NCBI GenBank assembly: GCA_964291675.2
Contig: OZ219866.1
Location: 2,528,001-2,592,000 of the forward strand
Direction of reading: 5' to 3'
DNA: 64,000 nt
Source of the DNA: Alphaproteobacteria bacterium
GTDB lineage: Bacteria > Pseudomonadota > Alphaproteobacteria > MPNO01
Below, piece after piece: positions 19,409 through 29,064 of the stretch (the stretch's first letter is position 1; each line of letters begins with the position of its first letter). The notes beneath the pieces are model-generated. The model saw only the letters and a program-made list of their open reading frames with translations. It made no database searches and had not been told where the DNA came from. The translations under genes were made by a program, and so were the position numbers.

Positions 19409-20994
19409 ATCCGCCTCACCGATCGAAGCTGACTCGCGATACTGGTGAACGCCGCCCTCAGGGTCGTCGCGTCGCTGTTGTTGAGGAAGGTGTAGGTTCC
19501 GGTTCGCTCGCCCTGGCTCGAGCATTCGGTGAGGGCGCTACCGAGGTCCCCGGACACCTGGCTCGGCGGCATCGCCGCGACCACGAAAATTTCGGAACCG
19601 GCAGCCTTGACGGAGGTGCATATCTCGGCGCGGTCGTACCCCATCCTGGTACGCGAACAATCCGCGTCTGCCTCGCCGCACTGCGTGTCCTTGCCGTCCG
19701 TGAGCAGCACGATCGCCTTGCGCACGGCGGGGCCCTGGTCCACCGGATGGGTGTTGTCGCCCCAGGCGTCCCGCCACGCCGGCGTGAGCAGCCTTTGTCC
19801 CCACAGCAGGCCCAGCCCGGAATGGGTCAGGCCGCCGCCCGGCACCATCGCGTTGATGTGGTCGACGATGTCCGTCCGTTCGGTCGAGAGCGGGAGCATC
19901 GAGGGTCGGTCGGCCGCGCATTCTCGCTGGGGATCCCGGTTTCCCAGCACGCGGAACGGCCTGGTGGGATGCCGCGGACCGTAGCAATATTGCAACCGGA
20001 GGTCGGAGGGCAGGGGATCCCCCAGGCAGGTATACGCCATATCGATGTCGGCGGGATAGATCGCCTGGGCGAACGCCTTTACCGAAGGATGATCGAACCA
20101 GTCCGCGGCCGACGTGAGGTCCGCGAGGTCGCCGGTCATCCTGTGTTCGTCGAAGCATCCCGCCCAGGCTTCCGGCGCATCGTCGGGCAAATCGTCGATG
20201 ACGGACGGCGGCGTGCAGGCGTCCCGGGGCGAGCACTGGTACGGAAAGCCGTAATAGCGCCTCCCCGGGTATACCGCCCAACTATTGGCGGTCCAGGTGG
20301 CCCGCAATGTCGGGTCCAGCCGCACCCACTGGTCCCACGGCACCACGCCCACCGCGATCCCGCTATCGGCGCTCGGCTGCAATACGTCGACCAGGTCGAT
20401 GGCGGCCTGTTTCACGATCGACATGCGGCTGTCGGAGTCCGCATACCCGACAACGGTGCCCGCCAGATTCCGCGACATGGAGATGCTGACGTCGATGGCG
20501 AGCACGACCTCCACGGTCGATTCGACGGTCTCCACGCCGGCCACGGACGTTATGGTGCCGGGCCCCCTGTAGTCGTAAAGCCAGCTCGATATGAGGGTCT
20601 TTCCGGTGTCCGCCGAGACGGTCGTGTTGACGACCATCAGATCCCGGTCCATGTCGAACGTCATGGCGATGTCCCGGGCGGTCATGTCCGCGTCGTTGAC
20701 GTTCCCGAGCACGTTCAGCACCGCGTATTTGCGCGCGAAGGACAGAACGCTGTCCTGCATGTCGTCGTCGCTCAGCGTGTCCGGCAGGCTGTTGAGCTGC
20801 AGGGTGGCCGCCATGGACGCGGCATCGGCCGCGCTCTTGAGGATGTCGCGCTGCCCGACGAGGTGGTTGTGGTCGATGATCAGCGCGCCGCCGCCCAGGA
20901 TCATGACGATGACCCCGGAGGCGGCGATGCTGGCCGCGCCGCCGCGCGTGTCTCGCAGGAACCGCTCGCTGATCGCCCTGATGGTGTGAAACAT
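19402..20994 (-). CDS. TadG/CpaL-like pilus protein with vWA domain, copy 1
   Basis: Prepilin-like RFLRDTRG|G plus TM, LKSAADAASMAA Tad motif, MIDAS DVSISM...LLTDG, Cys-rich insert. Confidence 0.82.
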   Translation of the reverse strand: MFHTIRAISERFLRDTRGGAASIAASGVIVMILGGGALIIDHNHLVGQRDILKSAADAASMAATLQLNSLPDTLSDDDMQDSVLSFARKYAVLNVLGNVNDADMTARDIAMTFDMDRDLMVVNTTVSADTGKTLISSWLYDYRGPGTITSVAGVETVESTVEVVLAIDVSISMSRNLAGTVVGYADSDSRMSIVKQAAIDLVDVLQPSADSGIAVGVVPWDQWVRLDPTLRATWTANSWAVYPGRRYYGFPYQCSPRDACTPPSVIDDLPDDAPEAWAGCFDEHRMTGDLADLTSAADWFDHPSVKAFAQAIYPADIDMAYTCLGDPLPSDLRLQYCYGPRHPTRPFRVLGNRDPQRECAADRPSMLPLSTERTDIVDHINAMVPGGGLTHSGLGLLWGQRLLTPAWRDAWGDNTHPVDQGPAVRKAIVLLTDGKDTQCGEADADCSRTRMGYDRAEICTSVKAAGSEIFVVAAMPPSQVSGDLGSALTECSSQGERTGTYTFLNNSDATTLRAAFTSIASQLRSVRRIY

Positions 20995-21275
20995 GATCCC
21001 GGTCGCTTTCCCGATCGCCGTGGGAGGGTTCCGGCCGGCCGCCCTCCGCCGCGCGGCGGGAGGAGCCCGTGCCCGGCCTTCCCGAGGGCGGGGACTGTCT
21101 GCCACGCGGCCCGCCGACGTCAATCCGGCACGCCCGGGGCGCGACCATATGTCTCACACGGGCGGCGCGCTTCCGGGGCGCGGCGCCCGGTGTCGGGCGG
21201 TCGGCGGTGGCAGCCCCGGGTTGCGCCGGGCGCCGTCGCCGACGCCGATGCGCCGCCCGAGGGTCGCCAGTCGGA

Positions 21276-22865
21276 TCAATAGACCCGCCGCACCGATCGA
21301 AGCTGCCTCGCGATATTGGTGAACGCCGCCCTCAAGGCCGTCGAGTCGCTGTTGTTGAGAAAGGCGTAGGTTCCCGGAAAGTCCCCCTGGCTCGAGCAAT
21401 CGGTGAGGGCGGTGCCGAAATCCCCTGACACCTCGCCGGGGGCCATCGCCGCGACGACGAAAATCTCGGAACCGGCGTCCTTGACGGCATCGCATGCGTC
21501 GGCGCGGTCGTAGCCTAGCCTGGTAGCGGAACAATCCGTGTTCCCGTTGCCGCATTGCGTGTCCTCGCCGTCCGTGAGAAGGACGATGGCCTTGCGCACG
21601 TTGGACGCCCGGTCCACCGGATGGGCGTTGTCGCCCCATGCGTCCCGCCACTCGGGCGTCAGCAGCCTTTGCCCCCACAGCAGGCCCAGCCCGGAATGGG
21701 TGTTGCTGCCGCCCGGCACCAGCCCGTCGATGTAGTCGACGATGTCCGTCTGCTCGGTCGAGAGCGGCAGTATCGAGGGCTTGCCGGGCTCGCATCTCCG
21801 CTGCGCGCCCATCCCGGAGCGCACGTGGGGCGAATTGCCGCGACCCGGAGGGCCGTAGCATTCCTGGCGCCGCAAGCTCACGGGCAGCGGCGCGTCCTGG
21901 CAATCGTACGACACGCCGTACTCGGCGGGATAAATGGCTTGGGCGAACGCCTGTTCCGAAGGGTGATCGAACCAGTGCGTCTCCGCCGTGATGTCCGCGA
22001 GGTCGCCGGAAATCCTCTGTTCGTCGAGGCAGCCCTCCCAGGCCGGCGCGCTCGCGGGCATTCTTGCGGTGGCGGAGGGCGGCGTGCAGGTTGCATGGGG
22101 CCGGCATGCGTAGGCGGCGCCGTAATGCCGCCGCCCCGGGAACGTCGCCCAGTTGTTGGCGGTCCAGGTCGCCCGCAATGCCGGATCCAGGCGTACCCAG
22201 AGGTCCCAGGGCACCACCCCCACCGCGATTCCGTTATCGACGCCCGGCTGCAGCACGTTCACCAGGTCGGTCGCGGCCTGTTTCACGATCGACATGCGGC
22301 TGTCGGGGTCGGCATGGCCGACATAGTCGCCGTCGAGGTCGCTATCCATCGAGACGCTGACGTCGATGGCGAGCACGACCTCCACGGTCGGTTCGACACT
22401 CTCCACGCCGGCCTCCGTCGTTATAGTGCCGGGCCCCGCGTGGTCGTAGACCCGGCTGGATAGGAGCGTCTTTCCGGTGCCCGCCGAGACGGTCGCGCCG
22501 ACGATCATCAGATCCCGGTCCATGTCGAACGTCATGGCGACGTCCTCGGCGGTCATGCCCGGGTCGTTGACGTTTCCGAGCACGTTCAGCTCGCCATATT
22601 TGCGCGCGAAGGACAGAACCCTGTCCCGCATGTCGTCGTCGCTCAACGTGTCCGGCAGGCTGTTGAGGCGCAGCGTGGCCGCCATGGACGCGGCATCGGC
22701 CGCGCTCTTGAGAATGTCGCGCTGCCCGACGAGATGGTTGTGGTCGATGATCAGCGCGGAGCCGCCCAGGGTCATGACGATGATCCCCGTGGCGGCGATG
22801 CTGGTGGCGCCGCCGCGCGTGTCTTGCAGGAACCGTCCGCCAATCGCCTTGATACAGTGCAACAT
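21276..22865 (-). CDS. TadG/CpaL-like pilus protein with vWA domain, copy 2
   Basis: Tandem paralog of 19402..20994; RFLQDTRG|G, DVSVSM, LLTDG, same C-terminal QLRSVRR(I/V)Y. Confidence 0.82.
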   Translation of the reverse strand: MLHCIKAIGGRFLQDTRGGATSIAATGIIVMTLGGSALIIDHNHLVGQRDILKSAADAASMAATLRLNSLPDTLSDDDMRDRVLSFARKYGELNVLGNVNDPGMTAEDVAMTFDMDRDLMIVGATVSAGTGKTLLSSRVYDHAGPGTITTEAGVESVEPTVEVVLAIDVSVSMDSDLDGDYVGHADPDSRMSIVKQAATDLVNVLQPGVDNGIAVGVVPWDLWVRLDPALRATWTANNWATFPGRRHYGAAYACRPHATCTPPSATARMPASAPAWEGCLDEQRISGDLADITAETHWFDHPSEQAFAQAIYPAEYGVSYDCQDAPLPVSLRRQECYGPPGRGNSPHVRSGMGAQRRCEPGKPSILPLSTEQTDIVDYIDGLVPGGSNTHSGLGLLWGQRLLTPEWRDAWGDNAHPVDRASNVRKAIVLLTDGEDTQCGNGNTDCSATRLGYDRADACDAVKDAGSEIFVVAAMAPGEVSGDFGTALTDCSSQGDFPGTYAFLNNSDSTALRAAFTNIARQLRSVRRVY

Positions 22866-23070
22866 GATCCTGGTTGCCTTCCCGATCGCCTGAGGATGGT
22901 GCCAGCCGGTCGCTTGCCGCCTGGCGAATGGAGGGGTCGATGCCGCCCCTTACCGAGGGCTGCGACTCTCTGTCACGCGGTCTGGGGGCGTCAATCCGTC
23001 ACGCGGGGGCGCGACACTATGTCTCACCCGGGCGATGCGTCCCCGGCGAGCGGTCCGCGGAGAAGAGGGA

Positions 23071-25179
23071 TCAGAAGTGATACCCTCCGTTGCGCCTGGA
23101 TGCCGGCGCCCGGGATTCGTCGGAGGCATTCCCGGGTTCCACCAGGCGGGCGGTGACGATCACGATCAGCTCGAGTTCGTCGGACCGGGCCGAGCGGTTG
23201 GCGAACAGCATGCCGAAACCCGGCACGTCCTTCAGCACCGGCAGGCCGGCCTCCCGGGCGTTCGACGCGTTGCGGAAGAGCCCCGCGATGACGATCGATT
23301 CGCCGTTGGCGACCTCGACCGTGGTTTCCGCGCGGCGCACGTTGATGACCGGGATGCTGATCCCGGAGATCTGCACCGACCGGTTGATCGACGGCTCCGA
23401 CACTTCGGGCCGGACGTGCAGCGAGATCCTGCTCGAATCGATGACCGTCGGCACGAAGTCCAGCAGGATCCCGTATTTCTTGTATTCGAACAGGAGCACC
23501 CCGTCGTCGAACCCCGTGGGGAGCGGAAATTCCCCGCCCGAGAACAGCGAGGCCGGTTCCCCGGAGATGGCGGTCACGTTGGGCCGCGCCAGGACGTTGG
23601 CCAGCCCGGCCCGGGAGAGCGCGTCGATCACACCCGCGATCCGGGAGGTTCCCGTGTCCCGGCCGAGATACAGGAGCGGCGACCGCTGACCTTCGAAAAT
23701 GGTCTGCGCGGCGTTCACGACGCGTCCGATGCGGAACCCGAACAGGCTGTTGTTGCGCAGCCCGAAGGCTTCCCAGTTGATCCCGAGATCCTCGGAGATC
23801 GAGCGCTGGACTTCCGCGATCTGCACTTCCAGGTTCACCTGCTGCGCGCCGGTGACGCGCAGTTCGTTCTCCACCGGCGTGTTCTCCGGCAGAGACGCGA
23901 CCGCGAGCCGGACGGCGCGCGCCGCCAGCGCGGCGGAATCGACCTCGCCGGTCAGCGCGACCCCGTTCGCGAAGGGCAGGGCGATCACGCCTCCGAGTGC
24001 CGGCTTGCCGGCCAGCGCCGCGCGAAGCGGGCCCAGATCCAGCTCCACGGATATGACCCGGTCCTGGACCTCGCCGTCGGTTCCCACCACGGTGAAGGAG
24101 GTCTTTCCGATGCTCTTGCCGATGATGTACAGCATCTGGGGCGACAGGAGCTGGACATCGGCGATGGCCGGGGAGGCGATCACCACCGATGCCGCATCGC
24201 CGTCGAGCCCGAGACGCAGACCCTGCCTCGGGGCGATCGTCAATCGGCTCCGCGGGTCTCCGTCAGACGCTTCGGCGGGCTCTTCGACCGGTTCGGCGGC
24301 GGTCTCCGGCGCGCTCCGCGGGGCCTCGCGATGGGTCAGCGCAGCGAGGCGGAGCGCAAGACCCGATGCCAACGGCAATCCGATTCCGTCCGCCGCCGGC
24401 GGCCAGCCGGTTTCCGGCAATCGCAGCGCCATGCCGGGCGCGAAAACGAGCGCCAGGGAATAGTTGCGGGGGTCCCGCCGCGCCTGCTCGATCAGGCGGG
24501 ACAGTGCGCCGGCGTCGTCATCCAGCCAGAAGGACGGCTCGTGCTCTTCGAACACCCGGGCGGCGTCGTCGTGGCGCCCGGCGGCGATCAGCATGCGCAC
24601 GAGATTCGCCGCGATCCGGGGATGGTCGGAGGACAGGCGGAGCGCCTCGTCGAAAGCGGCCTCGGCCGCATCCAGGTCGTTGTCGAGCGCGGCGGCGACC
24701 GCGACGGCGTTGGCGATCCACGGCGTCAGCGGCAGGTTCCCGGCGCTGTCACGCGCATCCCGCAGGTACCGCCGGGCCGCGCCGATCTCGTTGCGCGCGA
24801 GCGCCGCCCGCCCGGCGCCGAGCAACGCCTCCGCCCTTATTGCGGGAGCGTTCTCCGCCAGGGCAGCGGATCTCGCGAAAAGACGTTCGGCGTCGGGGTA
24901 GTCGCCGGAGCCGAACGCGACATAGGCGAGGCCGAGGATCGGTTCCGGCGCGCGTTCGAAGCGTCTGGCGAGGGACAGGTACTGCCTGCGAGCCGCCTCG
25001 GGCTGGCCGGCGGAAAGGGCGGCGGCGGCGATCGACAGGTTGTTGCGCAGGATGTTTACGCGTTCGACGCCGTCCTCCGGCGACTGCCGGGATGCGCAAC
25101 CGGCGAGCGCAGCCAGCGCGAGAATCATCACGGCCGTCCGCATGCCGCTCGCGGACGATGGAAGCAATCTCTGGATCAT
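23071..25179 (-). CDS. TadD-like TPR lipoprotein fused to a CpaC/RcpA-type secretin
   Basis: Lipobox LAALAGC, then TPR-like helices, then pilus N-domain (VVIASPAIADVQ...IGKSIGKT) and secretin core (QVNLEVQIAEVQR, LARPNVTAISGEPAS..SGGEFP, GLPVLKDVPGFGMLF, ELIVIVTARLV); start may be 25143. Confidence 0.85.
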   Translation of the reverse strand: MIQRLLPSSASGMRTAVMILALAALAGCASRQSPEDGVERVNILRNNLSIAAAALSAGQPEAARRQYLSLARRFERAPEPILGLAYVAFGSGDYPDAERLFARSAALAENAPAIRAEALLGAGRAALARNEIGAARRYLRDARDSAGNLPLTPWIANAVAVAAALDNDLDAAEAAFDEALRLSSDHPRIAANLVRMLIAAGRHDDAARVFEEHEPSFWLDDDAGALSRLIEQARRDPRNYSLALVFAPGMALRLPETGWPPAADGIGLPLASGLALRLAALTHREAPRSAPETAAEPVEEPAEASDGDPRSRLTIAPRQGLRLGLDGDAASVVIASPAIADVQLLSPQMLYIIGKSIGKTSFTVVGTDGEVQDRVISVELDLGPLRAALAGKPALGGVIALPFANGVALTGEVDSAALAARAVRLAVASLPENTPVENELRVTGAQQVNLEVQIAEVQRSISEDLGINWEAFGLRNNSLFGFRIGRVVNAAQTIFEGQRSPLLYLGRDTGTSRIAGVIDALSRAGLANVLARPNVTAISGEPASLFSGGEFPLPTGFDDGVLLFEYKKYGILLDFVPTVIDSSRISLHVRPEVSEPSINRSVQISGISIPVINVRRAETTVEVANGESIVIAGLFRNASNAREAGLPVLKDVPGFGMLFANRSARSDELELIVIVTARLVEPGNASDESRAPASRRNGGYHF

Positions 25180-25690
25180 GGGCTCTTCGCACCCGATTTG
25201 GTTGAATACCCCGGCGCATTCCGGCTCGCACTCGAAACGGGCCCGGGATTCGACGGCTAAAGGTGGGCGCTGCGGCTGCCATGTTCAACTGATGATAGAA
25301 ATTCTTCGGTCGGCGCCAGGATTTCGGGCTGCGAGGCAGCGGCCGCCCGAGCGGCCGGCGCATCCCCGAACTGCAATCGGGGATCGTATGTCCGAAAGCC
25401 CCGCCGCCGGGCCGCTCCACGGCCGAATCCGGGTCTTCCTTTTCCGCGAGGATCGCCGGGGCGGGTCCCCGCGATCCGTCCGGCGGTCATCACGGATGCG
25501 CGAGGCGCACGGGCGGTGGCATTGACACCGTGCCGGCAGTGACAACATTCAGCGCACATCCGAGCCCGGAATGCGGGAGCGAGGATCGCTTGACAAACCT
25601 TGTCGCCACGTCGCCCGGCGGCACTATTGCGGATCGCGCCGTCCGGTTGTCGTTCGACCCGGCGCGCGACGGCGCTGTTGGAGGTGTGTG

Positions 25691-26107
25691 TTGCTTGAGT
25701 TCTGGCGCCGGCATTGCCGGCCTTGCGTTGCAGCGGCGCTTGTTCCCGCATCGTTCCTCGGCGGATGCGTAACTCAGCTTGTCGTGCACGATCCCTATTT
25801 CTCCCCTTTCGCGCCGGCGGGGCGGGACAACGCCGCGGATGCGCGGCAGGCATTGACGGACGGTCGGTCGGTGCAGGCCCTGCAGGCGGCCTGTGCCCCG
25901 GCCGGGTCGGGCGCGGAGGCGACCGACCGCGCGGAGCTCGATGCCGCGGGCGGGCGCAAGGCGCTCGAAGAGCTGTGCGCCGCCTGGCGCGGCCGTCCGC
26001 CGGAATCGCACGGCGCGATCTCGAATGCGCACCGGCGATGGGTTGAGGACAACCGTCGTCGGTTGCCCTCCCTGTCCGCGACCGCCGCTTCCGCCGGCGG
26101 CGGCTGA
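25691..26107 (+). CDS. Putative lipoprotein heading the tad operon (CpaD-like position)
   Basis: GGAGG at 25680-25684 before TTG 25691; signal ending LGGC; two further Cys. CpaD homology not demonstrable by eye. Confidence 0.5.
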   Translation: MLEFWRRHCRPCVAAALVPASFLGGCVTQLVVHDPYFSPFAPAGRDNAADARQALTDGRSVQALQAACAPAGSGAEATDRAELDAAGGRKALEELCAAWRGRPPESHGAISNAHRRWVEDNRRRLPSLSATAASAGGG

Positions 26108-26152
26108 TGCCCGGCCGGGGCGGTCCGGCCCCGCCCCTTCGGTGATCCGACT

Positions 26153-27282
26153 ATGGCGCCATCTTCCAAACGACTATACGCCGCGGGTTCGCCGTCGACG
26201 CCGAGACGGAACGCGCGCTGCGCGCCGGGCTCCCCGGCCGCGAGGTCAAGATCCAGCGCGGGCCCCTGTCGGCCGCGCTGCGCGCATTGGCGACCGAGCC
26301 GCCGTCGAGGCTCGTCTTCGTCGACCTGGACGGCGTCCCGGACCCGGAGACCGCGGCTGCTCAGCTCAGCGAGATATGCGCCTTCGAGACCGCGCTGGTG
26401 GCGATCGGCTCGACCGATACCGCCGCATTCAGCCGCGCGCTGCTGCGACGCGGAATCGCCGACTACCTGGTAAAGCCGGTTTCGCCCGTCGTCGTCCGCG
26501 AGGCCAGCAAGGCTGCGACGGAGGAAGCGCCGGAGCAGGCCTATGCCGGACGCGTCGTCACCTTTGTCGGCAGCCCGGGCAGCGGAACCTCGACGGTGGT
26601 TTCGGCGATCGCGTACGGGATAGCGGCCGGCGGCCGGTCGGCCTCCGTCGTCGACCTCGACCCCATATCGGGAAAGATCCCGGCCCTGCTCGCCACCGAA
26701 CCGAAGGGCAGCCTGTCCATGCTCCTGGACTCGCTGGCTCCGGCGGCGTCCGAAGCCGACGACCCGGCCGTCGACCCGGAGCAGCTCGACGCGGTGATCG
26801 CCCCGGTCGCGTCCGGCGTGTCGCTGATCGGGTATCCGCTGGCCGGGACCCTGCCGCAGCGGCCCGCGCTGCCGGCGCTGTGCGTGCTGCTGAAACATCT
26901 CGCCAACCGGGCGCATGTCGTACTGGTGACCGGCATGTCCGAGCCGGGCATGGAGCTGGATGTCATGCGCTGGGCCGATGCCCGCATGCTGCTCTACGAG
27001 CCCACCCTGCCCAGCATCAGCGCGGCGGTGCGTCGACTTGCCTGGCTCGGCCCCGATCACCCGGCGCGGATCGTCCAGAGCCTTCCCCGGATGCGCCGCT
27101 ACGCGCTGTCCTCCGCTCACATCCGGTACGCGCTTGCCGAGCGCATTCCGGACGCCGTCGTCCCGTTCGATCCGGCATTCCGCGAGGGCACCGCGGCCGC
27201 GGCGCTGGGCGGGCTGGGCAAGCCCTGCCGGGAGTCGCTCGACCGGATCGCGGACCTCGTCGCGCGGGGCGCGGGTGCTTAG
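26153..27282 (+). pseudogene. cpaE: CpaE/TadZ-like protein (receiver-like + MinD-like), apparent -1 frameshift near 26185-26187
   Basis: LVFVDLDG, GIADYLVKP, deviant P-loop GSPGSGTST, VVDLD. Homology to the paralog starts about 26185, upstream of any in-frame standard start; ATG 26153 is in another frame. Confidence 0.65.
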
Positions 27283-27523
27283 CCGCGACCGGCGCCGCTG
27301 CTGCGTCGATCCGCCGCACTGACCCCCGCGAGCAACCCCCGATACCGAAAAACGCTTCTGGTTTCATTACCTTACGCCGGTTCGACCGGGCGCCCGCGGA
27401 GTGCCGCCAGCCGTTTCGCGGCGCGCTTCCGGGAGAGCATCGTTGACGGAAATCGCCGATCCCAATAATACCGCTGCCGCTATGAAGAAATGCTTTTCAG
27501 TCATGTCAAACGGGTGCAGCGAC

Positions 27524-28276
27524 ATGTATGACGGCGAATCGACTTCGTTGGATGGCCCCAAGGGTCTGCGGCACTGGTTGGCCCGACAGCGCGGATGCGT
27601 CGCGCGGGATTTCTGGCGCGCGCGCTGCGCTTCGGTCGCGATCGAGTCGGCCGCGGTGGTTTCGGTGCTGGTCGTCGTGGCCGGCGGGTTGATGGAAGTT
27701 TTCAGCTCAGTCTACATGAACGAGACCATGAACCGCGCGGCCCGCGCCGCGGCCCGCGCGATCGCCCTGTCGCCGAGCGTGCAGAACGACGCCGCGGCGG
27801 TCCAGACCCTTGCCTGCGAGGCGATCAGGCGCGAGCTCGACCTTCCCGGGGATTTGGACTGCAGCACCGCCTGGACGATGACCGTGGACACCGGGCTCAC
27901 CACCGACGATCTGCTGAACGGGGCAAGCCCCGATAGCCGGAACGGCGACATGGTGCGGATCCACATCGCGTGGCACCGACAACCCTGGAGCTTCGACGCC
28001 GATCCCTCCGTATCCGATCCCTCCGTATCGGATTCCTCCGGAACCGATTCCTCCGGCACCGACTCCGCCGGGGCCGGCGCCTCCGGGGGCGATACCTTCG
28101 GACACTCGGGCCCCGATGGCGGGCCTCTCGAAACCCAGCCCATCGCGGTCATGCCCGAGCCACTCGATCCACCCGATGGTCCGCCCGTCCAACCCGCGCC
28201 GGTCGTGCCCGATTCAAAAACGCTCCGGATTTCGGTCGCCGTGGCGCGCAGCGAACCCGACCAGCTCACGCCGTGA
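27524..28276 (+). CDS. TadE-like pseudopilin with a low-complexity insert
   Basis: RARCA|SVAIESAAV plus TM and NRAARAAARA TadE motif; start uncertain. Confidence 0.72.
   Translation: MYDGESTSLDGPKGLRHWLARQRGCVARDFWRARCASVAIESAAVVSVLVVVAGGLMEVFSSVYMNETMNRAARAAARAIALSPSVQNDAAAVQTLACEAIRRELDLPGDLDCSTAWTMTVDTGLTTDDLLNGASPDSRNGDMVRIHIAWHRQPWSFDADPSVSDPSVSDSSGTDSSGTDSAGAGASGGDTFGHSGPDGGPLETQPIAVMPEPLDPPDGPPVQPAPVVPDSKTLRISVAVARSEPDQLTP
28001..28075 (+). repeat. Five degenerate 15-bp in-frame tandem repeats (DPSVS/DSSGT)
   Basis: gatccctccgtatcc gatccctccgtatcg gattcctccggaacc gattcctccggcacc gactccgccggggcc. Confidence 0.8.
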
Positions 28277-28292
28277 GCCGGGGCTGAACGTC

Positions 28293-28901
28293 ATGATCGC
28301 CGCTTCGACCCTTGCCCGAATCCGCCGTTTCGCGCGCCGCACCGACGGTGCCGCCGGGATCGAGCTCGGTTTCGGCGCCGCGGCGCTGCTGACGGTCTCC
28401 ATGCTGTGCTTCGATCTGTACTCGGTGGTCAGCGTGGATACCGGGGGCGCGCGCAGCGCGGTCACCCTGGCGGAGTTCGTGTCGCGGGAAACCGCGCCCC
28501 GGAAAGACGTTCTCTCCTCGCTCGGCGGGTTCCTCCACCGCGGCGAGTTCGGCGCTCCGACCAACGTGGCCTACGCGATTTCCGCCATCCAGCGTCCGAC
28601 CGGCGAGGATCGGGCCGTCGTGCTCTGGACCGAGGACACGATCCGGTTCGGCGACGACAGCGCGACCGCGGAGCTCGCGAACAAGTGCGCCGAGCGCGCA
28701 CGCCAGGGCTGGCAGGCCATCCTGCTCGGCCCGCCCGGGACATCCGGCATGATCGAGGGCGAGGTGGTCGTGGTCGCCGAAGTCTGCGCGCGGCCTTCGC
28801 AGCAGGGGCTGATCTCCAACGTTCTGTTCGTCGGAGACAGCTACCACCTGCACATCCTGCCCGCCCGCGATCAGGACCACCCGCCGGCGAGTCCCGTATG
28901 A
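28293..28901 (+). CDS. TadE/TadF-like pseudopilin
   Basis: RRFARRTDG|AAGIELG plus TM; VVVAEVC near the C-terminus. Confidence 0.75.
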   Translation: MIAASTLARIRRFARRTDGAAGIELGFGAAALLTVSMLCFDLYSVVSVDTGGARSAVTLAEFVSRETAPRKDVLSSLGGFLHRGEFGAPTNVAYAISAIQRPTGEDRAVVLWTEDTIRFGDDSATAELANKCAERARQGWQAILLGPPGTSGMIEGEVVVVAEVCARPSQQGLISNVLFVGDSYHLHILPARDQDHPPASPV

Positions 28902-29064
28902 GCGCGCGGCCGATCATCGAGGAGAGCTGGGAAACAGCCGATCGGCCATCGACCGAAACCAGGCAAAGGAGGTTGAGAGACGAAGGAAATCCGAAACCGA
29001 ACCACCAACTTTCTCGCCGGCGCGAAACGCCGGCAAACGCTCAATCCAGAGAGGACATGAAACG

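Noticed and set aside
19402-22865. Duplicated adhesin genes as a DGR or invertible shufflon
   Set aside because: No reverse transcriptase or recombinase nearby, differences are not adenine-specific by eye, and both copies are full length in the same orientation.
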